DNA of 64,000 nt from Salinispira sp. (GTDB taxonomy: Bacteria; Spirochaetota; Spirochaetia; DSM-27196; Salinispiraceae): contig OZ271918.1 of NCBI GenBank assembly GCA_965602015.1, forward strand, positions 256,001 to 320,000, written 5' to 3'. Shown here piece by piece: positions 1 through 9,884 of this stretch. The notes below the pieces were generated by a model. It was given only the letters and a program-made list of their open reading frames with translations, was not told the origin of the DNA and made no database searches. The position numbers and the translations under genes are program-made. Position 1 is the stretch's first letter; each line of letters opens with the position of its first letter.

Positions 1-432
1 AGGGCAGTAATTGATTACAAGATGATCGGCAAAAAAGTCTCGGGGGTCGGGGTAACGCCCGGACATGAGACCCCAGAGCCTATCCCCGCTGACCTCCACC
101 CGGGAGCAGTCAAAACCTTCAACTGGACGTTTTTTATGTTCGAAAGGCGGCTTGCCGACGGGCATGTTTCCCAGACTCATCCAGTCCCGCACATAGGGCA
201 CGGCTCCGAAAGGAATGCCGGTCTGGGCCATGCCCCAGGGACCGGGGTTCATGCCCATAAAAAGCGCAGCGGGGTTTGGCTGGGCATAACGCCGCAGGTA
301 TTCGTGAAACACTGCGTCGGCGTATTCCAGGGGATTGTACACTGTATGTACCGGCGGGGCGAACTCCAGTTTTCCCAGATCGGCGCTGAGATCTGAGTTG
401 ATCGCAATGAGGTCTTCAGCCAGCTGATTCAT
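1..432 (-). CDS. SMUG1-family (family 3) uracil-DNA glycosylase, truncated by window edge
   Basis: Manual minus-strand translation from ATG at 432: MNQLAEDL...VYNPLEYA...FMGMNPGPWGMAQTGIPFG...RPVEGFDCSRVEVSGDRLWG...VINYCP. GMNPGPxGMxQTGxPFG is the SMUG1 signature. Not in the ORF track because it runs off the window. Confidence 0.88.
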   Translation of the reverse strand, partial: MNQLAEDLIAINSDLSADLGKLEFAPPVHTVYNPLEYADAVFHEYLRRYAQPNPAALFMGMNPGPWGMAQTGIPFGAVPYVRDWMSLGNMPVGKPPFEHKKRPVEGFDCSRVEVSGDRLWGLMSGRYPDPRDFFADHLVINYCP

Positions 433-464
433 TCGGGAAGGATAGCCCGGCCCGGCAGGGTTGT

Positions 465-3017
465 CTACCACAGTTCACCCTGGCCGTCAGGGGGGTGAAT
501 CGCCAGACATTGGGAAACAAGGTCCCAGGAGGCGGCGCCGTTTATGCTTTGGAGAACCGGGATCAGTTGTTTCTGGACGTACCAGGAAGAGTCGGGGATG
601 AGAGATACGAGATCCTCTTCGCTCATAGCAGGCCGGGGACCTTCCGAGGTCATCAGATAGCGGATTTTTCGCAAGCGCCGGCTATCGCCTCGGGATTTTT
701 TGCGCCGCCACTCCATTTCAAGCCGGGCAGCCCGCACATGGGGCGGCAGGTTCCCCCGGTACTCTTCAGGATTTTTGCTGAGACGCTTGGAAATGAGCAG
801 TTGGCGGTTATGCTCAGGGTTTCGCAGCGCTGCCAGGATGTCTTTGAGAATGTATGCGATTTCCTCCCGGCCGGCGTCGCGCAGCAAGGCTTCGATTAAC
901 CGCGATTGGGCGTTTCTGGCGAAGGGCGTCCAGTCGCTGCGCACCGCTTCCATTCCCTTAATGACCAGCTCACCGCTTGCGGGCCCGATTTCACCGCCGG
1001 TAAACCCGAGACCTGCATAGCTTTTCGCCCGCCCCTGGGGGCCTTCGAGTCCGGCGTCCTGGAGGCCGTGCAGCACCGCGTCGGATGATACGGATTTCAG
1101 AGCCGGAATGTACAAGGGGGCGAAAAGGTATTCAAATTCGATTTCCAGGAAGGATTCGCGGTTCCAGCGCCGGCGGACCCATACGCCTATGTGACTGTTG
1201 ATGTCCTTAACCAGTTCGCGGCCCAGGGAAAATAAATCTTCAGGGCGAAAATTCGCCCTATTGATTACCTCATCAGGCGGCGTCAGGAAGAGGCTGTCGG
1301 TATCGCCGTACATTGCGGAGAACCCCCGCTCCGCGGCAAAATCCCGACTCCAGAACAGAATTTCCTTGGCAAACGAGGTGATGGCCGTGGCGATATCGCT
1401 TCCTGCGAAACGGCAGCCCGGGCTTCCGAGGACACCATAGAAGGAGTTGGCGAGGATTTTATACGCGTAGGAGGCGGTTTCGTCGCCCCGTGACTTCGCC
1501 TCTTCGCGCAGCCGGTAAAAATCTGTGATGATTCGGGGAAGGATGCCATCATCGGGGAGAAATGGGGCGCCGTTGGGAGATGTGAGCAATCCCGCTTGGG
1601 CTTTCCCTGTTGTCCCCTGTTCTTTCGCCCGGACATGGCCAAGGGGATCGATGCCGAAACTCCTGATGATCGAAGGATACAGACCTTTAAAATCCAGGAG
1701 AAGCACATAGGGAAAACGGCCGCTTCTGGGGAAAATAATGGTTCCGCCGGGGCTCTCGTTCATGGGCAGAGCGTCCACGCCGTGATCAGGGGCGGCTATT
1801 CTCTCCCGGTGAAGCCGGCTGGTATACAGTTGCTCAAACGCATGAACGCTTGCCCACGATCGGCTAATGCTGGTGCCGCAGAGGGCGGCCCGCCGCAAAG
1901 TCAGTTCCAGCAAACCGCTGTCAGCCAACAGCTCTAGCACCAGCCGGGAGTCTTCGAGGCAGTATTTGAGGAACCTCAAAGGTTCTTCATTCCACAGCCG
2001 GTCCAGCTCATCCATTTTTCCCGACGGGGAAAACTGTTCCGCCTTTCCCCTTCCTAAAACCGCCGAGGCCACGGATTCCAGGCTGTAGGATTCAAAGTGC
2101 CGGGGATACATACGGTGAAGACGCATGGCGTCAATGACCACCCGTCCGGGGACCTCGCAGTGATCCGGCATATCGCCGCTGCCGGGGAGGAATGCCGCCG
2201 ACTCTCTGGAGCGGCCGAAATCACCTCGAACCCCGAGCTCCGCCATTCTTCGTAGGATCATCATCATGTCGAAGCCGATGACGTTCCATCCGGTAATGAT
2301 GTCCGGGTCGATAGCCACTATTTTATCTCTCAGATCGCATAAAAGACGGGTTTCGTCGGGATGTTGTCTCAGTTCAGCTGTTCCCGCGGCAGCGGGATTG
2401 ATTCCCTTGTCTATGGAGATAATGACGGATTGGTAATGCGAAGCCTGCCCCGGGGAAATCCTGCCGTCGGGAGCCGGGCAATGAACCAGTGAAACCGCAC
2501 GAATTTCACCCGTGCGGCTGGTTTCAATGTCCAGCGCAAGCACTCTCAGGGGTATGGGCGAACCGCCTCCATCGGCACGGATGCGGGGATTTCGAATCCG
2601 CAGATCAACCCGGTCGCCGTCTTCCTCATTGCCTTCGAATACAACCCGCAATGAAATGCCCCCGTCGATCATAAACTGATTGGCCGGACTGATGTCGCCC
2701 TCATAGCAGGCAAGTCCTGCTCCCCGCAGAAGCCGGTGGGCCGCGCTCATCTCCCGATGGACGGTGAAATCCAATCGAAGCAGGGGTCCTCCGTTCATCC
2801 GGGACCAGCCCCCGCTCTCCGAGAAGGGGATTTTTGCATGCTCAAGAAGCCTGCGCGCCTCGGCGATATCTTCGGTCCGGATAAAAAAGCGGGGAAAGAA
2901 ATCGCTGCAAACCAGGCCAAAGCTGCGCCCGTCCTCACAACGGCCCTGAAGAATGATCTGTTCTCCGTTTTTGCCGCTTTTGCTTCGGATATACATAAGC
3001 GCGCCGCTAATTGCCAT
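465..3017 (-). CDS. polB: Family B DNA polymerase (DNA polymerase II)
   Basis: ExoI LDIET; polymerase motifs LDFKGLYPSII, YKILANSFYG, YGDTDSLF, KGMEAVRSDW. Start ATG 3017 (alternative 3044). Confidence 0.93.
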   Translation of the reverse strand: MAISGALMYIRSKSGKNGEQIILQGRCEDGRSFGLVCSDFFPRFFIRTEDIAEARRLLEHAKIPFSESGGWSRMNGGPLLRLDFTVHREMSAAHRLLRGAGLACYEGDISPANQFMIDGGISLRVVFEGNEEDGDRVDLRIRNPRIRADGGGSPIPLRVLALDIETSRTGEIRAVSLVHCPAPDGRISPGQASHYQSVIISIDKGINPAAAGTAELRQHPDETRLLCDLRDKIVAIDPDIITGWNVIGFDMMMILRRMAELGVRGDFGRSRESAAFLPGSGDMPDHCEVPGRVVIDAMRLHRMYPRHFESYSLESVASAVLGRGKAEQFSPSGKMDELDRLWNEEPLRFLKYCLEDSRLVLELLADSGLLELTLRRAALCGTSISRSWASVHAFEQLYTSRLHRERIAAPDHGVDALPMNESPGGTIIFPRSGRFPYVLLLDFKGLYPSIIRSFGIDPLGHVRAKEQGTTGKAQAGLLTSPNGAPFLPDDGILPRIITDFYRLREEAKSRGDETASYAYKILANSFYGVLGSPGCRFAGSDIATAITSFAKEILFWSRDFAAERGFSAMYGDTDSLFLTPPDEVINRANFRPEDLFSLGRELVKDINSHIGVWVRRRWNRESFLEIEFEYLFAPLYIPALKSVSSDAVLHGLQDAGLEGPQGRAKSYAGLGFTGGEIGPASGELVIKGMEAVRSDWTPFARNAQSRLIEALLRDAGREEIAYILKDILAALRNPEHNRQLLISKRLSKNPEEYRGNLPPHVRAARLEMEWRRKKSRGDSRRLRKIRYLMTSEGPRPAMSEEDLVSLIPDSSWYVQKQLIPVLQSINGAASWDLVSQCLAIHPPDGQGELW

Positions 3018-3128
3018 GGACCTCAGTGTATCCGCTTTTGGCAAGTGAAAAAAGCGAGTCGCCCTGCTTTACCGTCCCCGGGCGCCGGTAGTCGGGAAGC
3101 TTGCAACTATTCCCACCCTCATTTATAA

Positions 3129-4436
3129 ATGAGGAGCATGAGTGGTTTTTCGAATCAGAGCGAGTATTTCGACCATCTTAGGAGCCACGGTCCGCTTCCA
3201 GCGGGATTCCGGGGAGGCAGCTGTTCCCTCACATTTATGCCCGACGAACGCCCCAGCGGCGAGCCCTACCGAATGGATATGTCGGCAATAGTCCTGGATG
3301 AGCCCACCGACGCCTTCGCCGGGGCCTTTACGAAAAATGCCGTTCCCGGAGCGCCGATTCTTATTGCCCGGCAGAGAATCGAGGGAGCTGCCATGCAGGG
3401 AGTCCTCGTAAATAACCGGATTTCAAATGTGGCGGCAAGCGGCGGGCAGGCCACCGCACAGCGGCTCACAACCCGGGCCGGGGAATTGCTCGGCATTTCC
3501 GGCGATCTGTTGTTCCCCAGTTCCACGGGCATCATCGGTTGGAAGCTTCCGGAGGATGAAATGATGGCGGCCATGCCGCGCCTTCGCGACTCGACGGCCC
3601 TGGATCCCTCACGGCCCGAACTTCCCCTTGAGCTTGCCAGGGCCATCATGACAACTGACAGTTTCCCGAAGATCCGCTCCCGCCGTCTGGGCCAAGGGAA
3701 AATCATGGCTATTGCAAAGGGCGCGGGCATGATCGAACCCAACCTGGCCACCATGCTGGTTTTTATAATGACAGACCTGGATGTATCCAGGACCGATCTG
3801 AGAAGCATCCTCTCACAAACCCTGGAAGACAGCTTCAACGCCATCTCGGTGGACAGCGATCAGAGTACCAGCGACATGGTGCTGGCTTTTTCTTCCCAGA
3901 AATATCCGGTAGAATTATCCGATTTTTCCCTGGAGTTCGCCCGCATGTGCAGGGACCTCAGTGAGGATATCGTCCGCAATGGCGAGGGTACCGGCCATGT
4001 AATCCGCATCACCGTGTCCGGCGAGGAAGAACCCGCTTACCTCAAGGCCCTGGGCAAGGCTGTAGGGAACAGCCCGCTTGTCAAAACAGCGGTTTACGGT
4101 AACGACCCCAATGTGGGCCGAATCCTTTCGGCCCTCGGAGATTGCGCCGGGAATCTCGGAAAGTCGATACATGCTCAGGAGCTGGAAATCAGGATAGGGG
4201 ATCAAACGGTGTTCCGCGACGGCGTGTTTTCCCTTAGCCGTCAAAAAGAAGAGCTGCTGGCGAGCTATCTCGCCCAGCAATCACAAAACCCCCGGATTCA
4301 AGGGTATCCGCAGAACGAACGCTCGGTTGAAATCAGCATCGATCTGAATCGGGGGAAAAAAGCGCACAAGGTAGCGGTTTTCGCGTCGGATCTCGGTCAT
4401 GAATATGTCCGGGAAAACGCCGACTACCGGACATAG
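3129..4436 (+). CDS. argJ: Ornithine acetyltransferase / N-acetylglutamate synthase
   Basis: STGIIG, IMTTD, AKGAGMIEPNLATML (autocleavage Thr), SVDSDQSTSD, SPLVKTAVYGNDPNVGRI, C-terminal YVRENADYRT. Confidence 0.95.
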   Translation: MRSMSGFSNQSEYFDHLRSHGPLPAGFRGGSCSLTFMPDERPSGEPYRMDMSAIVLDEPTDAFAGAFTKNAVPGAPILIARQRIEGAAMQGVLVNNRISNVAASGGQATAQRLTTRAGELLGISGDLLFPSSTGIIGWKLPEDEMMAAMPRLRDSTALDPSRPELPLELARAIMTTDSFPKIRSRRLGQGKIMAIAKGAGMIEPNLATMLVFIMTDLDVSRTDLRSILSQTLEDSFNAISVDSDQSTSDMVLAFSSQKYPVELSDFSLEFARMCRDLSEDIVRNGEGTGHVIRITVSGEEEPAYLKALGKAVGNSPLVKTAVYGNDPNVGRILSALGDCAGNLGKSIHAQELEIRIGDQTVFRDGVFSLSRQKEELLASYLAQQSQNPRIQGYPQNERSVEISIDLNRGKKAHKVAVFASDLGHEYVRENADYRT

Positions 4437-4452
4437 TACAGGAGAGCCTCAG

Positions 4453-5448
4453 ATGGAGAATAAAGGCAGGGAGCGGAACGAACAGGATGTTCAGATCATG
4501 CGTTCCCGCGATCTTATACGCAAGGCGATGGAAGAGATCGGCAATGTGGTGGTCGGTCAGACCAGCATGATCGAGGGAATGTTCATGGGTATCCTTGCGG
4601 GGGGCCATGTCCTCCTCGAAGGGGTGCCGGGTCTGGCCAAGACCCTCGCAATTAAGACCATGGCGGAGGTAATCGACGCCAGCTTCAAACGCATCCAGTT
4701 TACACCGGATCTCCTGCCTGCCGACCTGGTGGGGACAATGATATACCGGCAGCAGACCGGGGAATTCGTTCCCCGGAAGGGACCGGTCTTTTCAAATATC
4801 ATTCTTGCGGATGAAATAAACCGGGCGCCCGCAAAGGTGCAATCCGCCATGCTCGAAGCGATGGAAGAAAATCAGGTCACAATCGGCGACAACACCTATC
4901 CGCTTCCCGAGCCCTTTTTTGTGCTGGCTACCCAGAATCCCATTGAACAGGAGGGAACCTATCCCCTGCCTGAAGCCCAGCTGGACCGCTTCATTTTGAA
5001 GCTGACCGTTGATTATCCGAGCGCCGAAGAAGAGCTTCAGATCCTTCGTCGCATGGGCAAGCGCGAGCAGATTCACCTCAGCCGGCAAATTCTCAAGTCC
5101 GATATAAAACGCCTGCGTGAAGCCGCTTCCAGCATAACCGTGGATGAACGCATAGAGAGCTATATCGTCGATATTGTCGCCTCCAGCCGGCAGAATGACC
5201 GGGGGCTGAACAGTTTTGCCCGCTTCATCGAGTTCGGGGCGTCACCCCGGGCAAGCATCTATCTGTACCGTTGTTCCAAGGTGAAGGCCCTTTTGGAGGG
5301 AAGAAGTTTTGTGGTACCGGAAGATGTAAAATATGTGGCCCCTATGGTGCTTCGCCACCGGATCAACCTGAGCTATGAGGCAGAAAGCGAGGACATGACA
5401 ACGGAAGATGTTATTTCCTATCTCCTCTCGGCGGTGCCGGTTCCATGA
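4453..5448 (+). CDS. MoxR-family AAA+ ATPase
   Basis: LLEGVPGLAKT, RIQFTPDLLPAD, LADEINRAPAKVQSA, ATQNPIEQEGTYPLPEAQLDRF, GASPRA. Confidence 0.95.
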   Translation: MENKGRERNEQDVQIMRSRDLIRKAMEEIGNVVVGQTSMIEGMFMGILAGGHVLLEGVPGLAKTLAIKTMAEVIDASFKRIQFTPDLLPADLVGTMIYRQQTGEFVPRKGPVFSNIILADEINRAPAKVQSAMLEAMEENQVTIGDNTYPLPEPFFVLATQNPIEQEGTYPLPEAQLDRFILKLTVDYPSAEEELQILRRMGKREQIHLSRQILKSDIKRLREAASSITVDERIESYIVDIVASSRQNDRGLNSFARFIEFGASPRASIYLYRCSKVKALLEGRSFVVPEDVKYVAPMVLRHRINLSYEAESEDMTTEDVISYLLSAVPVP

Positions 5449-6320
5449 ACGCCGCCAGGCTCTTCGCACGGGTAAAAAACCTCGAACTGATCTCATCAAA
5501 GCTTGTGGAGAGCCTGCTCACGGGAAACTACCGTTCGGTGTTCAAGGGACCGGGCATTGAGTTTTCCGAAGTGCGGGAATATGTAGAGGGGGACGATCCC
5601 CGGCTAATAGACTGGAACGTCACCGGACGAATGAACTCGGTGTTTACCAAAACCTTCCGGGAGGAACGGGAGATCGTGCTCTTCCTGATTGTCGATCTTT
5701 CGGCATCGGTATTCTCCGCCGCCGGAAGCCACAAACTCCGGGAAACCGCGGATCTCATTTTTACGATTTTTACCTTCGCAGCCGCTAACAACAATGACCA
5801 GGTCGGCGCGGTATTTTTCACCGAAGATATCGAGCATTGGGTAAGCCCCATGAAGGGCAGGAAGCACGCCCTGCGTCTTATTCAGGATATGATCCGCTTC
5901 CAGCCCGGCGGAAAGGGCTCGAATTTGGGACTGGCCATCAAAACCACCGGCGAAGCCCTGAAGCGCCGGGGGATCTGCGTCATCCTCTCGGATTTTAAAA
6001 GCAGCGGGTACTGGCGTGACTTGAGCATCCTCGCCAAGCGCCATGATGTGCTGGCGATTCGCCTCACCAGCCCGGAGGAAGTTGATTTCCCGGCCACGGG
6101 CCTCATAAAAATGCAGGACGCCGAAACCGGCAAGACCCTGCTCGGCCTCGGTTCGAACCGGAGATTTCGAAAAAAGTATCAGGAGTACTGGGCCCTGCAG
6201 CGAAAACAGTGGTTCAGGGAATGCCGCAAACGGGGAGTAAGTCCTATCGAGATTCGCAGCAATGAGGACCCGGTATTAAAACTCTTTCAGTTTTTTCAGC
6301 GCAGGAAACGCCGCCGATGA
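5445..6320 (+). CDS. DUF58 / vWA-like protein of MoxR operon
   Basis: GxGIEFSEVREYxxGDDxRxIDWNVT motif; overlaps the MoxR stop. Confidence 0.9.
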   Translation: MNAARLFARVKNLELISSKLVESLLTGNYRSVFKGPGIEFSEVREYVEGDDPRLIDWNVTGRMNSVFTKTFREEREIVLFLIVDLSASVFSAAGSHKLRETADLIFTIFTFAAANNNDQVGAVFFTEDIEHWVSPMKGRKHALRLIQDMIRFQPGGKGSNLGLAIKTTGEALKRRGICVILSDFKSSGYWRDLSILAKRHDVLAIRLTSPEEVDFPATGLIKMQDAETGKTLLGLGSNRRFRKKYQEYWALQRKQWFRECRKRGVSPIEIRSNEDPVLKLFQFFQRRKRRR

Positions 6321-7261
6321 GAGGTTTTTCACCTGTTGCCGCTGTGATTCTTTTGGCGGTTTTCCTGGGGCTGGCGTCGGTACCCCATGCGGCCGCTCAA
6401 GATTACAGCATATCGCGCACGGTCTTTCTCCCCTCGGTCTATTATGTGGGGGACCGGGTCGAACTCCGCCTGTCGCTGAGGAGCAGTCTCCTCAACGAAA
6501 TCCAGCTGCCCCAGGAATTGCCCCAGCCGTCCTGGGGGGTAATACACGATATACGGATAATTGACCGGGGCGACGAGAAAGATATCCGAATACTCTTCAC
6601 CAGTTATTATCCCGGAACCCGGACCCTTCCCTCGATAAACCTGGGGCCGATTCTTCTCACAGACATTTCGATATTCGTTTCTTCCATTCTGGATTCCAGT
6701 GAACAGGATTTGGTTTCCGGCAGAGATCAGCTTATTCTTCCGGGCACCCAGTTGATTATTATTCTATGGATTCTCCTCGTTTTTAGTATCCCGCTGCTTT
6801 GGCTGATGATTTTTAAATGGGGGCGAAGCTATTTTCTGCTGCTCATTCGCCGGTATCAGGCGGGGTTGCCGTATCGCCGCCTCCTACGGAATTTGCGGGA
6901 GCTGACGGAAAACGCGGGAACCATGGACGGCCGGAATTTTTACATTGCTTTGCTCGACCTGGTTAGGGAATACCTCAGCGGCCGCATACGGGTTGACGCC
7001 CGTTCGGCAACCACAAAGGAACTCGAGTCGGCTTTAAAGAAGGAAGTGGAAAATCCCGCAGACAGAAATTTTATCGTTCGGCTGTTCCACCACGGCGACC
7101 TGGTGAAATTCGCCTCACAACCGTCGACCCTCAAATCCCGGATGGATCACCTGACACAGCTTCAGGAGGTGCTCCAGCACATCGAGTCGAATCGCGGTGC
7201 TGAGGAACAGGGCCGGTCGGCGGGCTCCAGTCAGCCATCCAGAAGCAGGAGGGGAGCATGA
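6317..7261 (+). CDS. Bat-operon membrane protein (signal peptide, one TM segment)
   Basis: Position between DUF58 and BatA; C-terminal REYLS...SATTKEL...DLVKFA typical of this operon member. Confidence 0.7.
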   Translation: MRGFSPVAAVILLAVFLGLASVPHAAAQDYSISRTVFLPSVYYVGDRVELRLSLRSSLLNEIQLPQELPQPSWGVIHDIRIIDRGDEKDIRILFTSYYPGTRTLPSINLGPILLTDISIFVSSILDSSEQDLVSGRDQLILPGTQLIIILWILLVFSIPLLWLMIFKWGRSYFLLLIRRYQAGLPYRRLLRNLRELTENAGTMDGRNFYIALLDLVREYLSGRIRVDARSATTKELESALKKEVENPADRNFIVRLFHHGDLVKFASQPSTLKSRMDHLTQLQEVLQHIESNRGAEEQGRSAGSSQPSRSRRGA

Positions 7262-8271
7262 GCGGTGCCCAGTGGACCCTGGATAATCCAGAATTTCTCC
7301 TCCTCCTGCCGCTATTGCTTCCCTTGGTGTTTATTCGCCATATATGGCGCCGCAGGGGCGGCAAGCTCACCTTTGCGTTCACTAATTGGCAGGGCAAGGG
7401 GTTCAGCAATCCGTTGACCTTGCCGGCCCTTGTGTATCTCGGTTCGGTCCTGCTCTCCTGGGCAGGCATCATTTTGATGATTATCGCCCTTTCCGGGCCA
7501 TCCAGGGTCAGCCGGGAGCGGGTGTTCACCTCCCGGGGTATCGATATCATGTTCGTCATTGACATATCTCCCTCAATGGCAGCCCGGGATTTTGTTGATG
7601 ACTCGCGATTGGAAAGCGCCCAGGAGACCATACTCAGGTTTATCGACCGGCGGCGCAATGATCCAATAGGTTTGACGATTTTCGGCACCCAGGCCGCCCT
7701 GAGAGTACCGCCGACCCTGGACTACGACTTTCTTAAAAACGCAGTAAACAATCTTCAGGTTCTGGAATTGGGAGAAGGAACGGCACTGGGAATGGGAATA
7801 GCCCTCGGAGCCCTTCATCTGCGCAACTCCACAGCCCGGGAGAAGGTGATGGTGCTGCTCACCGACGGTGAGAGCAACGCCGGGGAGATTCTGCCGGAAG
7901 CCTCGGCTCGTATCGCCGCCGAGGCGGGAATACGGGTGTACGTCATCGGGATAGGCAGCGACCGCGAAGTGCTGCTGGAGTTTACCGATCCCCGCAATGG
8001 CAAGCCGTACCGGGCAACCTACCGGGGATCGCTGAATGAGGGTCTGCTTCGCAGCATAGCCGGCAGCACTGGCGGTGAATACTTCACAGTTACGAATCCC
8101 GGTAGTCTCAATGGCGTTCTGCTCGCCATAGACAGTCTCGAGCGGGTCGAGACCAGGTTGAAGGTGGAGGTGCGCAAAGAGCCGGTTCACCGACGGCTTA
8201 TTCTGTTGGCCTTTATTCTGATATTTGCCGATTTTCTCATCAGGAAAATGCTGCTTCGGGAGCTGCTATGA
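7258..8271 (+). CDS. batA: BatA-like vWA membrane protein
   Basis: N-terminal TM, MIDAS DISPSM, PPTLDY, GTALGMGI, LLTDGESN, VYVIGIG. Confidence 0.85.
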   Translation: MSGAQWTLDNPEFLLLLPLLLPLVFIRHIWRRRGGKLTFAFTNWQGKGFSNPLTLPALVYLGSVLLSWAGIILMIIALSGPSRVSRERVFTSRGIDIMFVIDISPSMAARDFVDDSRLESAQETILRFIDRRRNDPIGLTIFGTQAALRVPPTLDYDFLKNAVNNLQVLELGEGTALGMGIALGALHLRNSTAREKVMVLLTDGESNAGEILPEASARIAAEAGIRVYVIGIGSDREVLLEFTDPRNGKPYRATYRGSLNEGLLRSIAGSTGGEYFTVTNPGSLNGVLLAIDSLERVETRLKVEVRKEPVHRRLILLAFILIFADFLIRKMLLRELL

Positions 8272-9251
8272 CGATTGTATACCCTTCAATGTTATTGCTC
8301 CTGTTGGGGATTCCGCTTTTGATGCTCTTCCAGGTCAGGGAGTACCGGCTTAATCGAACGGACCTCATCAGAATCGGCGGGTACTGGGAATATGAGGAAG
8401 TCAGGACGGTCTTTTTTATCAAATGGTTTCTGTCCGCACTTCTACTGATACTCACCTATGTTTTTTTGGTTCTCAGCGCAGCGGGTTTGAGTTGGGGAGA
8501 AGAACCGGTGGAGGAAGACCGGCTCGGAATTGATATAGTCTTCGCAGTGGATGTTTCCTATTCGATGCTGGCGGAAGATATCGAACCCAGCAGGATCGGC
8601 CGGGCCCGGGAGGTGATTCGGGGCCTGAGCGAAAATTTCACCGGTGCCCGCTTCGCCCTGGTGGCATTTAAGGGGCAGGCGACCGTCCTCCTGCCGGCCA
8701 CTGAGGACGCGTATGCCCTGGAGAACTCCCTGAATTTCCTCAATACCGAGGTTATTTCTACTCCGGGGACCAATCTGGAAGACGCGCTGAGAAGCGCGCT
8801 CGGGGCGCTGCCAAGCGGATCTAACCGCAACCGGGTCATAATTCTGTTCAGCGATGGGGAACAGCTTGGCGGGGACGTAACCGAACCGGCGCTTCAGGCG
8901 GGACGCCAGGGCATACCGGTGTATACCTACGGTTTGGGAAGCGGCGAAGGCGCGACCATTCCTCTGGGAGACGGTAATGTGCTGCGGGACAGTCAGGGCG
9001 CGCCGGTGGTCAGCAGACTGGACAGCCGCGCGCTTGAAGAAATCGCCCGCCTGAGTCGAGGGCAGTATTTCGAGGCGGCGATGGGTTTCGGAAGCCTGGA
9101 CGGGGCCATCAGGGATCTCATTGAAAACCGGGTCCGCGACGGCTTCCGCCTTATAAGCATATCGCGTTACCGGCTTTTTCTGGCCCTGGCCCTTATAAGC
9201 TATACCGCCTACCTCATCGTGCGATCCTTAAAATTCAGGGGGTTGTTTTGA
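8268..9251 (+). CDS. batB: BatB-like vWA membrane protein
   Basis: DVSYSMLAEDIEPSR, GTNL, LFSDGE, GxGSGEGATIP, VVSRLD. Confidence 0.85.
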   Translation: MTIVYPSMLLLLLGIPLLMLFQVREYRLNRTDLIRIGGYWEYEEVRTVFFIKWFLSALLLILTYVFLVLSAAGLSWGEEPVEEDRLGIDIVFAVDVSYSMLAEDIEPSRIGRAREVIRGLSENFTGARFALVAFKGQATVLLPATEDAYALENSLNFLNTEVISTPGTNLEDALRSALGALPSGSNRNRVIILFSDGEQLGGDVTEPALQAGRQGIPVYTYGLGSGEGATIPLGDGNVLRDSQGAPVVSRLDSRALEEIARLSRGQYFEAAMGFGSLDGAIRDLIENRVRDGFRLISISRYRLFLALALISYTAYLIVRSLKFRGLF

Positions 9252-9874
9252 GCAATTATTTTTCCCGCAGCCGACGCATTCAGATACTGACCGGGCTGCT
9301 TTTCGCCGTAATCCCGCTGCTCATCGCTACGGGCTGCGGTATCGGCGGACCCCATCTGCCGGTTCTCAGCGGCAATTACGCCTTCGGGCGAGGAGACTAT
9401 CAGGAATCAACCGTTCGCTATCTGGAAGCCCTGGAACAGGAGGAGTACACACCCTGGGTGCGCTACAACCTCGCCAATGTATACCATTCTCTCGGAGAGT
9501 TCGATGCAGCCTTTGAGCTGTGGGATCAGGCCCTTGAGACCGATGACGTCTCCCTTCTGTCGGCGGTTTTTTTTAACCGGGGCATTTTGCTTTACGAGCA
9601 GGGCAAGTATGAAGAGGCCTTTGAAAGCTTTAAAACCTCGCTCAGCTATGAACCTAACGATGTAGGCGCAAAACTCAATCTCGAGCTGACTCTTTTGAAG
9701 CTGCAGGGCAACCGGACCGGCGGGGGACAACTGAGAAGTGTGGAAAATGATTCAGGAGAAGAAGAGCTCTCGGCGGACAGTATTCGCATGTTCGAGTACA
9801 TCCGGCGCAGAGAAGAGCAGACATGGATGCAGGGAAGCCGGCCGCCGGACTCCCCGGCGCCCAATGATTGGTAG
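9248..9874 (+). CDS. BatC-like TPR (lipo)protein
   Basis: TPR repeats (YNLANVY, FNRGILLY, AKLNLEL), C-terminal NDW; operon position. Confidence 0.75.
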   Translation: MSNYFSRSRRIQILTGLLFAVIPLLIATGCGIGGPHLPVLSGNYAFGRGDYQESTVRYLEALEQEEYTPWVRYNLANVYHSLGEFDAAFELWDQALETDDVSLLSAVFFNRGILLYEQGKYEEAFESFKTSLSYEPNDVGAKLNLELTLLKLQGNRTGGGQLRSVENDSGEEELSADSIRMFEYIRRREEQTWMQGSRPPDSPAPNDW

Positions 9875-9884
9875 GAGGCAGCGT

